A stretch of 64,000 nucleotides of DNA from contig CAVTHO010000008.1 of assembly GCA_963734545.1 (NCBI GenBank), positions 448,001-512,000 on the forward strand, in the 5' to 3' direction. Every line of letters begins with the position of its first letter. Position 1 is the first letter of the stretch. The translations under genes were made by a program, and so were the position numbers. Origin of the DNA: an uncultured Spirochaetota bacterium. GTDB lineage: Bacteria; Spirochaetota; Spirochaetia; SZUA-6; Fen-1364. Under the pieces are notes generated by a model. It was not told the origin of the DNA, searched no databases, and saw nothing but the letters and a program-made list of their open reading frames with translations. This document shows, in pieces, positions 55,917 to 64,000 of the stretch.

Positions 55917-58900
55917 TCAGACAGCCCCGAGGACCCGCATCATATAAGCGCGCAGGGATGGGTCGGTCCATTTTCCCGCGTCCATGCCGGCCCGGAGAAG
56001 GTCCGCGGTCTGGGTGCCTTCCTCGACAACGGTCTGAAAGAATCCTCCCTTGTGAGCGAGCCGGACAGCCTCGTCCATTGCACCCAGGGCCTCCTTCGGT
56101 CCGAACCGATGCAGCCTCGCTTTTGCCAGGAGCAGCAGGGTCTCGATGAGAAGACCGTTCCAGCCTCGCTGTCGCGCAGACGTCGTCAGCTCATCCAGCA
56201 GGCCAAGGGCCTTGTCCCGCTCGCCGTCCGACGCTGCTGCCGCGAGTCGTACCCGCGCCACGGTGACGAGCTCCATGTGCTCGTTCAGGGGGCTTTCCGT
56301 CCCCCGTCGTTGCTGCCGATCAGCCCAGGCAACGGCTGATGCGGTGTCGCCGAACGCCAGCCAGCTCTTCACCCGCTCCGATTCGAACGCGGTCCGCAGC
56401 ACCGTCAGCACCGTAGAGGTCCGCACGATTTCGTCGGCCTTTTCCAGTGCCGCCGCTGTCTCCTCCACCCGCCCCCGCGAGCGCTGCGCGCGTACCAGGA
56501 AGTACAGGCAGAAGTAGACCTCGGAGGGCATGCCCCACCCTTCGACCTGGCTCACTGCCTCCTCGACCATCGCCGCCGCCTCCTCCAGACGCCCCTGCTC
56601 CCGCTTCAGCTCCCCGATAACTGCGGAGGTCTTCGCGAGCTGGCCGCCGCCGCGGGCATGGTGCCGATCGACGTGGGCTTCGTACTCACGGATCATCCGC
56701 TCGCAACCGCCGAGGTTCCCCTGATGCCTGCGAAGCACCAGCAGCCAGAACACTGCGTTCGACATGGACCAGATGTTGTCGATGTCGGTGCTGTAGCGAA
56801 GCCGGTCCGAGAACACCCTGTCAGCGCTCTCCAGGTCGCCCTGGTACAGGAATGCCCTTCCAAGGATAAGGAACACGAGGCTGCGGCCTATCAGGTGGTC
56901 CGCGGGGAGCAGCCCGTCCGCGGTCCGGGTAAGCTCGATGGCCCGCGGCGCATTGCCGGCAAGGTCGTTGAGAAAGGCGCGGATGATCGCAACGTCGCCC
57001 TGCATCGCGCGGGTTTTCCCGTCATCCCGCCCGGTGCCGGGCTGCTCCAGCGCGCGTTCGACCGACTCGAGAACCTTCTCGGTGGCTTCCTGCCTGCCGG
57101 CCAGGACGAGAGCCCATGCGGCGACAATGCCGAGCGCCGGCCGCTGCATCGTGACATCGCCGGGAATCTCCCTGCACCATCGCAGCAGCTCACCCAGCCC
57201 GCCGCGGGAAAGGACCTCCACGTAGCTCCTTTCGATCAGGCCTGCCGCCTGATCGAACCCTCCGGCGGCAAGGTACTGCTGGATCGCCTCGGCAAGCTCC
57301 CCACCGGCGCTGAGCCAGTCCCCCGCCCGCAGGCGCAGCGCGCGGACTTCTTCCGGCGGGCGATCGCGTTCCAGGCGGTTCCGCAGGAGGTCGCCGAAGA
57401 GGTGGTGGTAGCGGTACCAGCACCGGCGCTCGTCCAGTGCCACGAGGAACAGGTTGGCCCGGTCGAGTCGCTCCAGCATCTCCTGGGCTCCGCGCCTCCC
57501 GCTCACCGCCTCGCACAGGCTCGCGTTCATCCTTCCCAGGATCGAGGTCTCCAGCAGGAATCGCTGCGTTTCCCCGTCCTGCCGGCCGAAGACCTCCTCC
57601 GCCAGGTAGTCGAGAATGTAGCGGTTGGTCCCGCCGAAAGCGGTGATGAACGCATCCGCATCCCCTCGGCCCTGCAATGAGAGGGCCGCCATCTGCAGGC
57701 CCGCGATCCACCCCTCGGTGCGTTTTGAAAGCCGGGTGACATTTTCCTCCGACAGGGAAAGCGACATGGACGAGTTGAGGAAAAGACCGGCCTCATCCGT
57801 CGTGAACCGAAGGTCGTCCGCCCGTATCTCGGCCAGGGAGCCGCTGGACCGCAAACGAGCCAGCGGCAGCGGCGGGTCCTCCCGGGTGGCGATGACCAGG
57901 CGCAGCTGGGGCGGCCGGTGCTCCACGAGGAAGCGCACCGCCTCGTGAATCTCCACCGTCTGGATGAACTGGTAGTCGTCCAGCACGAGGGCGACCTCCG
58001 TGCCCCCCGAGCTGACCGAGTTTATCAGGCTCGTCATGACGGCGGAGGCCGGGGCCGGCGGCATGGCAGCGAGCAGGTTCGCTGCCGCCCCACCCAGGCC
58101 GGCCTTGGCAGCCTCCAGCGCCCCGGCACAGTACAGCAGGAATCGATGCACATCGTTATCGCTGCCGTCCAATGACAGCCAGGCAACGGGCAGGCCCGCG
58201 CGGGAGGCCCACTGGGAAAGAAGCGTCGACTTGCCGAAGCCCGCAGGCGCGGAGACCACGGCCAGCCCGTGGGCAATGCCCTGCTCCATGACATCCACAA
58301 GACGTCTGCGATCCACCCGTGCCGCGCGGAGCTGCGGCACATCGAGCTTGGTGCGCAGCAGCCCCTCGAAAGGCGCGGCTCTCGACGAGCGGGATGGGGC
58401 CGTCACGGCCGGAAGCGCAGCGCGCGCCGCTGGCGCTGCCTTGTCCAGTGGCTGCCGCGTGCCCGGATCAGGCTGCGCGCCGAGCTCGCTTTGCAGAAGG
58501 CCGGCAAACTCTTCGTATTGCCTGGCGGCCGCGCTGCGCTGTCCGCTTTGGGCAAGCAGCCGGATCAGCAGAGCCTGGGCAGGTTCGTGCAGCCTGTCCA
58601 GCGTCACCCAGCGCCGGGCAGTCTTCAGCGCCCGTTCCCATTCCTCAGCCGCGGCCTGCGCCCGCGCCAGGTGCTGGAGCGTCCAGCCCTGGTCAACTCG
58701 AATGCTCTCCCGCTCCGCGAGCTGCCAGTCGTCGAACTCCCGGCAGTCGGGAAGCGTGAAGCCTTCGAGAAAATCACCTGCATACAGCTCGGCAGCCTGT
58801 TCGAGCCGGGCGCGGCAGTCGGGGCACGACTCCTCATTTTCATGCGCGTGCCCCTTCACCCCCGCAATGAGAAGCCGCGCCTCGCGCACATCGACCCACG

Positions 58901-59189
58901 GATTGGTGCGGACGCTGATCCTGTCCCGCTCTGCCGTGAGCCATTCTCCCGGCAGCTCTGAGCGAAGCGTGGCAATACTCCGCCGCAGGTTCGCGGGCGC
59001 TCTTACCTGGTCGAAATCCGGCCACAAGAGGGCCGCGAGGCGCTCGCGGGACACGGGGTGATCGTTGAGCGTCAGGTAGGCGAGCAGCGCGGTGGTCTTG
59101 CGGGTATCAAGCCGCACGGGTGCTGCATCGCGCTCGATCCGTGGATGACCGAGCCAGAACAGCTTCACCCGGTTTGTTCGTCGGGGCAT
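55917..59189 (-). CDS. SARP/BTAD - MalT-like STAND ATPase - TPR transcriptional regulator
   Basis: KTTALLAYL..SRERLAALLWPD (wHTH), LYAGDFLEGF..FDDW (BTAD), APAGFGKST, LVLDDY, ATREDPPL, TEGWIAGLQ and YRYHHLF motifs. Confidence 0.9.
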   Translation of the reverse strand: MPRRTNRVKLFWLGHPRIERDAAPVRLDTRKTTALLAYLTLNDHPVSRERLAALLWPDFDQVRAPANLRRSIATLRSELPGEWLTAERDRISVRTNPWVDVREARLLIAGVKGHAHENEESCPDCRARLEQAAELYAGDFLEGFTLPDCREFDDWQLAERESIRVDQGWTLQHLARAQAAAEEWERALKTARRWVTLDRLHEPAQALLIRLLAQSGQRSAAARQYEEFAGLLQSELGAQPDPGTRQPLDKAAPAARAALPAVTAPSRSSRAAPFEGLLRTKLDVPQLRAARVDRRRLVDVMEQGIAHGLAVVSAPAGFGKSTLLSQWASRAGLPVAWLSLDGSDNDVHRFLLYCAGALEAAKAGLGGAAANLLAAMPPAPASAVMTSLINSVSSGGTEVALVLDDYQFIQTVEIHEAVRFLVEHRPPQLRLVIATREDPPLPLARLRSSGSLAEIRADDLRFTTDEAGLFLNSSMSLSLSEENVTRLSKRTEGWIAGLQMAALSLQGRGDADAFITAFGGTNRYILDYLAEEVFGRQDGETQRFLLETSILGRMNASLCEAVSGRRGAQEMLERLDRANLFLVALDERRCWYRYHHLFGDLLRNRLERDRPPEEVRALRLRAGDWLSAGGELAEAIQQYLAAGGFDQAAGLIERSYVEVLSRGGLGELLRWCREIPGDVTMQRPALGIVAAWALVLAGRQEATEKVLESVERALEQPGTGRDDGKTRAMQGDVAIIRAFLNDLAGNAPRAIELTRTADGLLPADHLIGRSLVFLILGRAFLYQGDLESADRVFSDRLRYSTDIDNIWSMSNAVFWLLVLRRHQGNLGGCERMIREYEAHVDRHHARGGGQLAKTSAVIGELKREQGRLEEAAAMVEEAVSQVEGWGMPSEVYFCLYFLVRAQRSRGRVEETAAALEKADEIVRTSTVLTVLRTAFESERVKSWLAFGDTASAVAWADRQQRRGTESPLNEHMELVTVARVRLAAAASDGERDKALGLLDELTTSARQRGWNGLLIETLLLLAKARLHRFGPKEALGAMDEAVRLAHKGGFFQTVVEEGTQTADLLRAGMDAGKWTDPSLRAYMMRVLGAV

Positions 59190-59222
59190 TTCGCTCCGCC
59201 ATCTTACACCGCGCCCCGAAGC

Positions 59223-59281
59223 GATTCAACGATTATTACACGCATTTCCGGACGTTCGCGGGACACCTGCACCCTACTTTC
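59223..59281 (+). promoter_or_regulatory. SARP-type promoter copy A
   Basis: Four NNNACG-type repeats at 11/12/11-bp spacing; last heptamer 8 nt before TACTTT (59275); 46/59 identical to 62082-62140. Confidence 0.75.
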
Positions 59282-59313
59282 AGATGCAGCAAGAAGGATG
59301 GAAAGGAGACCAG

Positions 59314-59805
59314 ATGAAAGGTTTTACAAACTCGGACAGAGCTGACGTCCGGATACTGCCCGCGGTGTTCTTTCTGCCGATGGTGCTCGCCGTGGCGTTC
59401 CACTACTTCGTGTGGCCGCTCGGATTCTCTCTTCCCCAGGCTCTCGGCGGCCGGATCATCCAGGCGGCGGTAGGAGCTCTTGTGGTCTTAATCGGCCTCG
59501 GACTTCCCGGGCTTGCGATGGCACAGTTTCGCAGGACAGGCCAGAAGGCAGACATTCGCCAGCCGACCACCTCCATAATCCGCACGGGACCCTACCGGTT
59601 CTCCCGCAATCCGATGTACCTGGGGGCCATGCTTGTTCACCTGGGAGTCGGGCTGGCTACCGGCAGCGTCTGGGTCCTCCTGACGCTTGCGCCGGCCTTT
59701 GTCGCGGCCCACGTGCTCGCCGTCATTCCCGAGGAAACATACCTTGCGAAGAAGTTCGGCGATGAATATTTGGCGTACAAGGCGGCGGTGCGGCGATGGC
59801 TATGA
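59314..59805 (+). CDS. Isoprenylcysteine carboxyl methyltransferase (ICMT/PEMT) family protein
   Basis: TGPYRFSRNPMYLG and PEETYLAKKFGDEYLAYKAAVRRW motifs. Confidence 0.88.
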   Translation: MKGFTNSDRADVRILPAVFFLPMVLAVAFHYFVWPLGFSLPQALGGRIIQAAVGALVVLIGLGLPGLAMAQFRRTGQKADIRQPTTSIIRTGPYRFSRNPMYLGAMLVHLGVGLATGSVWVLLTLAPAFVAAHVLAVIPEETYLAKKFGDEYLAYKAAVRRWL

Positions 59806-60674
59806 CCAGCGGAAGGCCCTCGAGGCCCATCCTGAAATTCTCTCTGCTCGAGCTCTTCCTCTCCATTCCGTTCTGGGCGATCGTCGCATTGGCGCACGCG
59901 CATGTGATCCCCGATCTTCAAATGTTGAATGCAGCCTGGTCGCTTACTCCGATGATGGCAGCGCTGATTCTTGTCTATCGAGAGAACAAGACAACAGGCG
60001 TGAAGGCGCTTTTCAGTCGATGTTTCGATTACCGGCGAATCAAGGCACGAGCATGGTATCTGCCTGTATTCCTCTTGTTTCCATTCATAGTATTCGGGCA
60101 GTACGCACTGGCGCTCCTGTCGGGAAAGCAGCCTTCCGCGCCGCATCTCACACTCCTGGTGCCGCTTGCGTTCATTGGGTTCTTCTTCGGTGTTTTCGGG
60201 GAAGAACTAGGCTGGACGGCATACGCCCTTGACCGGATGCAGGAAAAGTGGAGTGCGCTCAAGGCAAGTATTCTCCTGGGGATCATGTGGGCATCATTTC
60301 ACGGCCCTGTCTGGATCTTGACTGGCCAGTCTTTTCAATGGGTTGCCTGGCAGTGGATCTATGTTGTGGCGAGCCGGGTCCTGTTCGTCTGGATCTACAA
60401 CAACACGGGAAAGAGCCTGTTCGCCATGGGACTGCTCCATCCCGGGTTCGGTGTCTATTGGTATCTGTGGCCAGTCAGCGCAAACCTGGGCACACCATCC
60501 TTTTACGACCCGCGCAACCTTGCTTTCACCTCTATCGTCCTGGCGGTGACAGTCCTTTTCCTCTGGGGGCCCAGGACGCTGACTCAATACAGATATGCGC
60601 ATCGGGCAAAGGGCCGATCGGTTACCCCCGGTCTGCCATCGCGCCTCGCAAAACAGACAAGGAATACCCAATGA
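59802..60674 (+). CDS. CPBP/Abi (CAAX protease II) family intramembrane metalloprotease
   Basis: GEELGW, WASFH and WIYNNTGKS...LLH motifs. Confidence 0.85.
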   Translation: MTSGRPSRPILKFSLLELFLSIPFWAIVALAHAHVIPDLQMLNAAWSLTPMMAALILVYRENKTTGVKALFSRCFDYRRIKARAWYLPVFLLFPFIVFGQYALALLSGKQPSAPHLTLLVPLAFIGFFFGVFGEELGWTAYALDRMQEKWSALKASILLGIMWASFHGPVWILTGQSFQWVAWQWIYVVASRVLFVWIYNNTGKSLFAMGLLHPGFGVYWYLWPVSANLGTPSFYDPRNLAFTSIVLAVTVLFLWGPRTLTQYRYAHRAKGRSVTPGLPSRLAKQTRNTQ

Positions 60675-61321
60675 CAAGAATGCATATCGGACTCGCAGCG
60701 GCAATTCCATCAGGCGTCCTGATTGTCGGACTGCTCGTGCTGATCCTTGCGAGCTATCAACGTGACATCCATCAGGCGCGCGCGCGCATCTCGGCCGGGA
60801 GCCGGATCGTCGAGACGCCCCGTGGGCCTATCGAGTACGCGGTTGCCGGTGACGGTCCGCCGGTATTGGTCGTGCACGGCGCCGGTGGTGGATATGACCA
60901 GGGTCTGGACTTTACGAAAGCGCTGGTCCGGGCCGCGCGCCGACTTGCACCCCGGGCCATGTTTCGGGCGCTTCTCGGCACACCGCCAGAGGTAGTGGAG
61001 AGCGCGAGCGCCGATGAACGTGCGAGAGCTGCGCAAGTTCTGGACCACCTCCTGCCCTTCAGCCAGCGCCGGCTCGGGGTACACAACGATGCTTCAATCA
61101 CGCCTTTCCTGCCGCGCTACGAGCTTGAGCGAATTGAGGCGCCTGCCCTCATCCTGGGCGCGGCCGACGATCTGTATGGAACGTTCGATGGCGCCCGCTA
61201 TAGCGCCCGGCATATCCGGCACGCTCGATTCATCGGCTACCCGAGCGGCGGGCACATACTGGTCGGGCAGCTGCAGGAGGCTCTATCCGAGACAGTGGCC
61301 TTCCTGAAAAGGGCGGAGTAA
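60671..61321 (+). pseudogene. Alpha/beta hydrolase with in-frame internal deletion removing the nucleophile elbow
   Basis: VLVVHGAGGGYDQG joins directly to the cap/C-terminal part (DD, GGH); no GxSxG present. Confidence 0.65.
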
Positions 61322-61325
61322 AACG

Positions 61326-62060
61326 ATGAAGGAACCGTTGCGCAGCATGAGGCAATTTCAGGGATTGGCCTCGCGGGAGAGGCTGCACTACCTGGTTTAC
61401 GCCGGCCTGGCCATCGGAGCTGCAGGACTGACGGCAATCGCGTACTTCTCCGACAATCTCGCTTTTCACCGATTGCTCGGCACCGTCAATCCTTTCGTCG
61501 TCACTATTCCCCTGATTTTCCTGGGCTTCATTCTCCTATCCGTTCAAAATTCGCGCCATTGGTTTGCGGTCATCAGAAAGGGAACCCTCAAGGGGGTGCT
61601 TCTCTCTGCCGGGCTCGCATCGATCCTTGGACTCATTGCCATCCTGATCGATCACGCAATCGTGTATCCCGCAGACATGAACGTTGCATTCCCCCTGTCT
61701 CTGGCGTACTACCCGAGCGTTGCCTTTTTCGCTGAAATCGTTCTGCATCTCGTGCCGCTCACGCTGATTTCGATTCTCCTGTCGTCCGTCTTCAAGAAGA
61801 TCTCGAACGCAAAGATCATCTGGATTGCAATCCTGATCGCATCGCTCTCGGATCCCGTCTTTCAGGTTTTTGATGCTGCCGCCAATCACTCCCCCCTGTG
61901 GATTGTGCTCGTGACGGGGCTTCACGTCCTTGTGATCAATTTCCTCATGCTCGTCATCTTCAAGCGCTATGATTTCGTTTCACTGCTTTCATTCAGGCTC
62001 GTCTACTACGTGATCTGGCACATCGTGTGGGGCGCAATCCGGCTCCGCGTCCTGTTCTGA
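61326..62060 (+). CDS. Hypothetical membrane protein (degenerate CPBP-like)
   Basis: AEIVLHLVPL, LHVLVIN and FRLVYYVIWHIVWG motifs. Confidence 0.7.
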   Translation: MKEPLRSMRQFQGLASRERLHYLVYAGLAIGAAGLTAIAYFSDNLAFHRLLGTVNPFVVTIPLIFLGFILLSVQNSRHWFAVIRKGTLKGVLLSAGLASILGLIAILIDHAIVYPADMNVAFPLSLAYYPSVAFFAEIVLHLVPLTLISILLSSVFKKISNAKIIWIAILIASLSDPVFQVFDAAANHSPLWIVLVTGLHVLVINFLMLVIFKRYDFVSLLSFRLVYYVIWHIVWGAIRLRVLF

Positions 62061-62081
62061 TCGGCTCCGATCCCACGGGTT

Positions 62082-62140
62082 GATTCAACGGTTTTTCAAC
62101 GCATTCCCGGACGACCGCAGGACGCACGTACCCTACATTC
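62082..62140 (+). promoter_or_regulatory. SARP-type promoter copy B
   Basis: TCAACG/TCAACG/CGGACG/AGGACG repeats; 8 nt to TACATT (62134); homologous to 59223-59281. Confidence 0.75.
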
Positions 62141-62170
62141 GATCCCACCAAGCCGGAAAAGGAGGCGCAT

Positions 62171-62389
62171 TTGGAGCGACAGGAGTACGAGATAAGGCTC
62201 AAGGGGAGCCTCGGCACGTATGGGCAGAAATGGTTCGACGGGTTCTCCCTTCACACGGAGAACAGCGAGGTCACAGTGCTCCGCGGCACCGTTATCGATC
62301 AATCGACCCTCTACGGAGTTCTTTCGCGGATCAGGGACCTGAACCTCCAGTTGATAAGCGTCAATCCAGTTCCGGACAAAGGAGAATGA
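62171..62389 (+). CDS. 72-aa ACT-like small conserved protein
   Basis: YEIRLKGSL..WFDG..TVLRGTVIDQSTLYGVLSRIRDLNLQLISV; RBS AAGGAGG with TTG start. Confidence 0.8.
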   Translation: MERQEYEIRLKGSLGTYGQKWFDGFSLHTENSEVTVLRGTVIDQSTLYGVLSRIRDLNLQLISVNPVPDKGE

Positions 62390-62390
62390 A

Positions 62391-63032
62391 GTGGAAAGAA
62401 ACCCCGCATCTATTCGTGGTGTCCGCCGCTGGGCGGCGGACGCGGTGAGCCTCTCGCGGCTCGTGCTTCTCTTCCCGCTTGTATGGTGCGAGATCACCGC
62501 AAGCCCGTGGGCCCTTGCCGTTCTGGCCGTGATCGTCGTGAGCGACCTTATCGACGGCCCGATTGCTCGTCGGCTCGGCACGGCCGGCAGCAGGGGCGCG
62601 TTCATCGATGCCGCCTGCGACGTCGCAGTCGTGATGAGCGCCGCCATCGCGGTCGGAGCTTCCGATGCACGCTATGCCGGGCTTGCCGCCGTAATGGCTC
62701 TTGCGTTCCTGTCCTATGCCGGCTTCAGCCTGATCCTCCGCCGATTCGCTTACACGCGGCTGGGCAGATATGACGGTGCGGTGTGCTTCGGCGTCGTGGC
62801 CCTGGCCGGAGTGAAAGCACTGCTTGCGGCAATCGGTGTCAGCGTGCCCGCGGCCGCGGAATGGATCGTTCTCGGCCTTTCGGCCGCTTTCCTTGCGGTC
62901 TCTGCTGTTGAAAACATTTCGGGGATATGGACCGCAGGAAGAGCCGGCAAAGGACAGGTTCGCCCTGCTTCCTGGAGAGCATTCCCGAGCACCCTGTCTC
63001 CGCACAGCAACAATCAAAGGAGATCCGCATGA
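62391..63032 (+). CDS. CDP-alcohol phosphatidyltransferase family protein
   Basis: SDLIDGPIARRLGTAGSRGAFIDAACD signature. Confidence 0.85.
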   Translation: MERNPASIRGVRRWAADAVSLSRLVLLFPLVWCEITASPWALAVLAVIVVSDLIDGPIARRLGTAGSRGAFIDAACDVAVVMSAAIAVGASDARYAGLAAVMALAFLSYAGFSLILRRFAYTRLGRYDGAVCFGVVALAGVKALLAAIGVSVPAAAEWIVLGLSAAFLAVSAVENISGIWTAGRAGKGQVRPASWRAFPSTLSPHSNNQRRSA

Positions 63033-63168
63033 GCCTCCCATTGCGTCCCGAGTCTCCGGGCTGCTCCCCGCCCGCCCTTGCCCGTTCGCATAGCGGGAAC
63101 AGGAGACTTTTCGGCCTGTCGCTTTCACTGCCTTCACTGCCCGGCAGCGTCGTGCTACAATCGACTCG

Positions 63169-63885
63169 ATGTCGGGAGAGACGATTCTTGTGGTAGAGGA
63201 CGAGGCCTCTGTCGCGCGCGGCCTCGAGTATGGCCTGAAGGCCGAGGGATTCAACGTCCTCGTGGCCGGCACCGGCGCGAAAGCGCTGGAGATCACCCGT
63301 GCCGGCAAAGACAAGCCCCCGCACCTTATGCTCCTGGACATCCGGCTCCCGGACATGAGCGGCTTCGACGTCTGCAAGACCCTGCGCGAGGAGGGGCGCG
63401 CCCTGCCCATCCTCATGGTGACGGCGCGGGATGAAGAAGTGGACAAGGTCCTCGGCCTGGAGCTGGGTGCCGACGACTACATCGTGAAGCCCTTCTCCCT
63501 GAGGGAAGTGCTCTCCCGCGTGCGCGCCGCGCTGCGCAGGGCGTACGGCGAGCTGGCATCAGCGGCGGCGGAGCGCGTGGTCTTCGGCGACGTAGTGGTG
63601 GACCTCCAGCGGATGCGGGTGGATCGCGCCGGCCAGAACGTGCTCCTTACGCCGACCGAGTATCGGCTTCTCCGCCACTTCGTGACCCATGCGGAGCAGG
63701 TGTTGACCCGTGACTCTCTCCTGGAGGTGGTCTGGGGCTACGACAACAGCGTTGATTCGCAGCGCACGGTGGACGTGCACGTGCGGCACCTTCGGGAGAA
63801 GCTGGAAGCAGACCCCGCCGCGCCCCGCTACCTCGTCACGGTCCGCGGCACCGGGTACGTGTTCACGACAAAGCCCCGGGAATGA
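63169..63885 (+). CDS. OmpR/PhoB family response regulator
   Basis: ILVVEDE, LDIRLP, GADDYIVKPF, RTVDVHVRHLREK and VRGTGY motifs. Confidence 0.93.
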   Translation: MSGETILVVEDEASVARGLEYGLKAEGFNVLVAGTGAKALEITRAGKDKPPHLMLLDIRLPDMSGFDVCKTLREEGRALPILMVTARDEEVDKVLGLELGADDYIVKPFSLREVLSRVRAALRRAYGELASAAAERVVFGDVVVDLQRMRVDRAGQNVLLTPTEYRLLRHFVTHAEQVLTRDSLLEVVWGYDNSVDSQRTVDVHVRHLREKLEADPAAPRYLVTVRGTGYVFTTKPRE

Positions 63886-63886
63886 G

Positions 63887-64000
63887 CGTAGACATGGACG
63901 TCGAGGCTGGCCGAGGCCCTTCCGCGGTACGGGAGTACCCGTTCGGCGGGTACGCCGTACCCCGCGGAGTTGGAAGGCCGGGAGGCCAGCCATACGTGTT
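63887..64000. repeat. Long nested palindromic element related to the 30476-30608 element
   Basis: GGCTGGCC(63905)...GGCCAGCC(63991) stem enclosing CCGCGG and GTACCC/GGGTAC arms; shared CGTAGACA(T/G)GGA(C/T)G end. Confidence 0.55.

Overview
High-GC bacterial chromosome segment, probably from an uncultured Spirochaetia-like organism. This is inferred from the spirochaete-style sigma factor, an 'FAGGxxE' solute-binding protein leader, lipoboxes and MCPs. It carries about 55 genes: a GH42 beta-galactosidase (partial), mgtA-EIIA-PAP2, a sigma factor, a GatZ/PfkB sugar-phosphate operon, an ABC-2 exporter, a YesM/N-like two-component system with a rhamnose-type ABC importer and MCP, an htpG-corA-surface protein operon, MFS, metA, an AAA+/VWA pair, an F1Fo atp operon, ackA-hisIG-thyA-folA, and an accessory membrane/regulator region at 48-64 kb. 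About 13 single-base insertions break conserved genes and look like long-read errors. Three observations stand out. (1) A SARP/BTAD-STAND-TPR regulator sits beside two conserved ~59-bp promoters with SARP-type repeat architecture. One drives an ICMT-CPBP-hydrolase-membrane operon and the other a 72-aa ACT-like protein. (2) A 34-aa pure xAKK-repeat histone-H1-like gene, missed by the ORF track, has a near-consensus promoter, RBS and terminator. (3) There are recurrent leaderless-type starts, a lysine-less lipoyl domain, and a family of palindromic elements. No rRNA, tRNA, CRISPR array or transposase was recognised.
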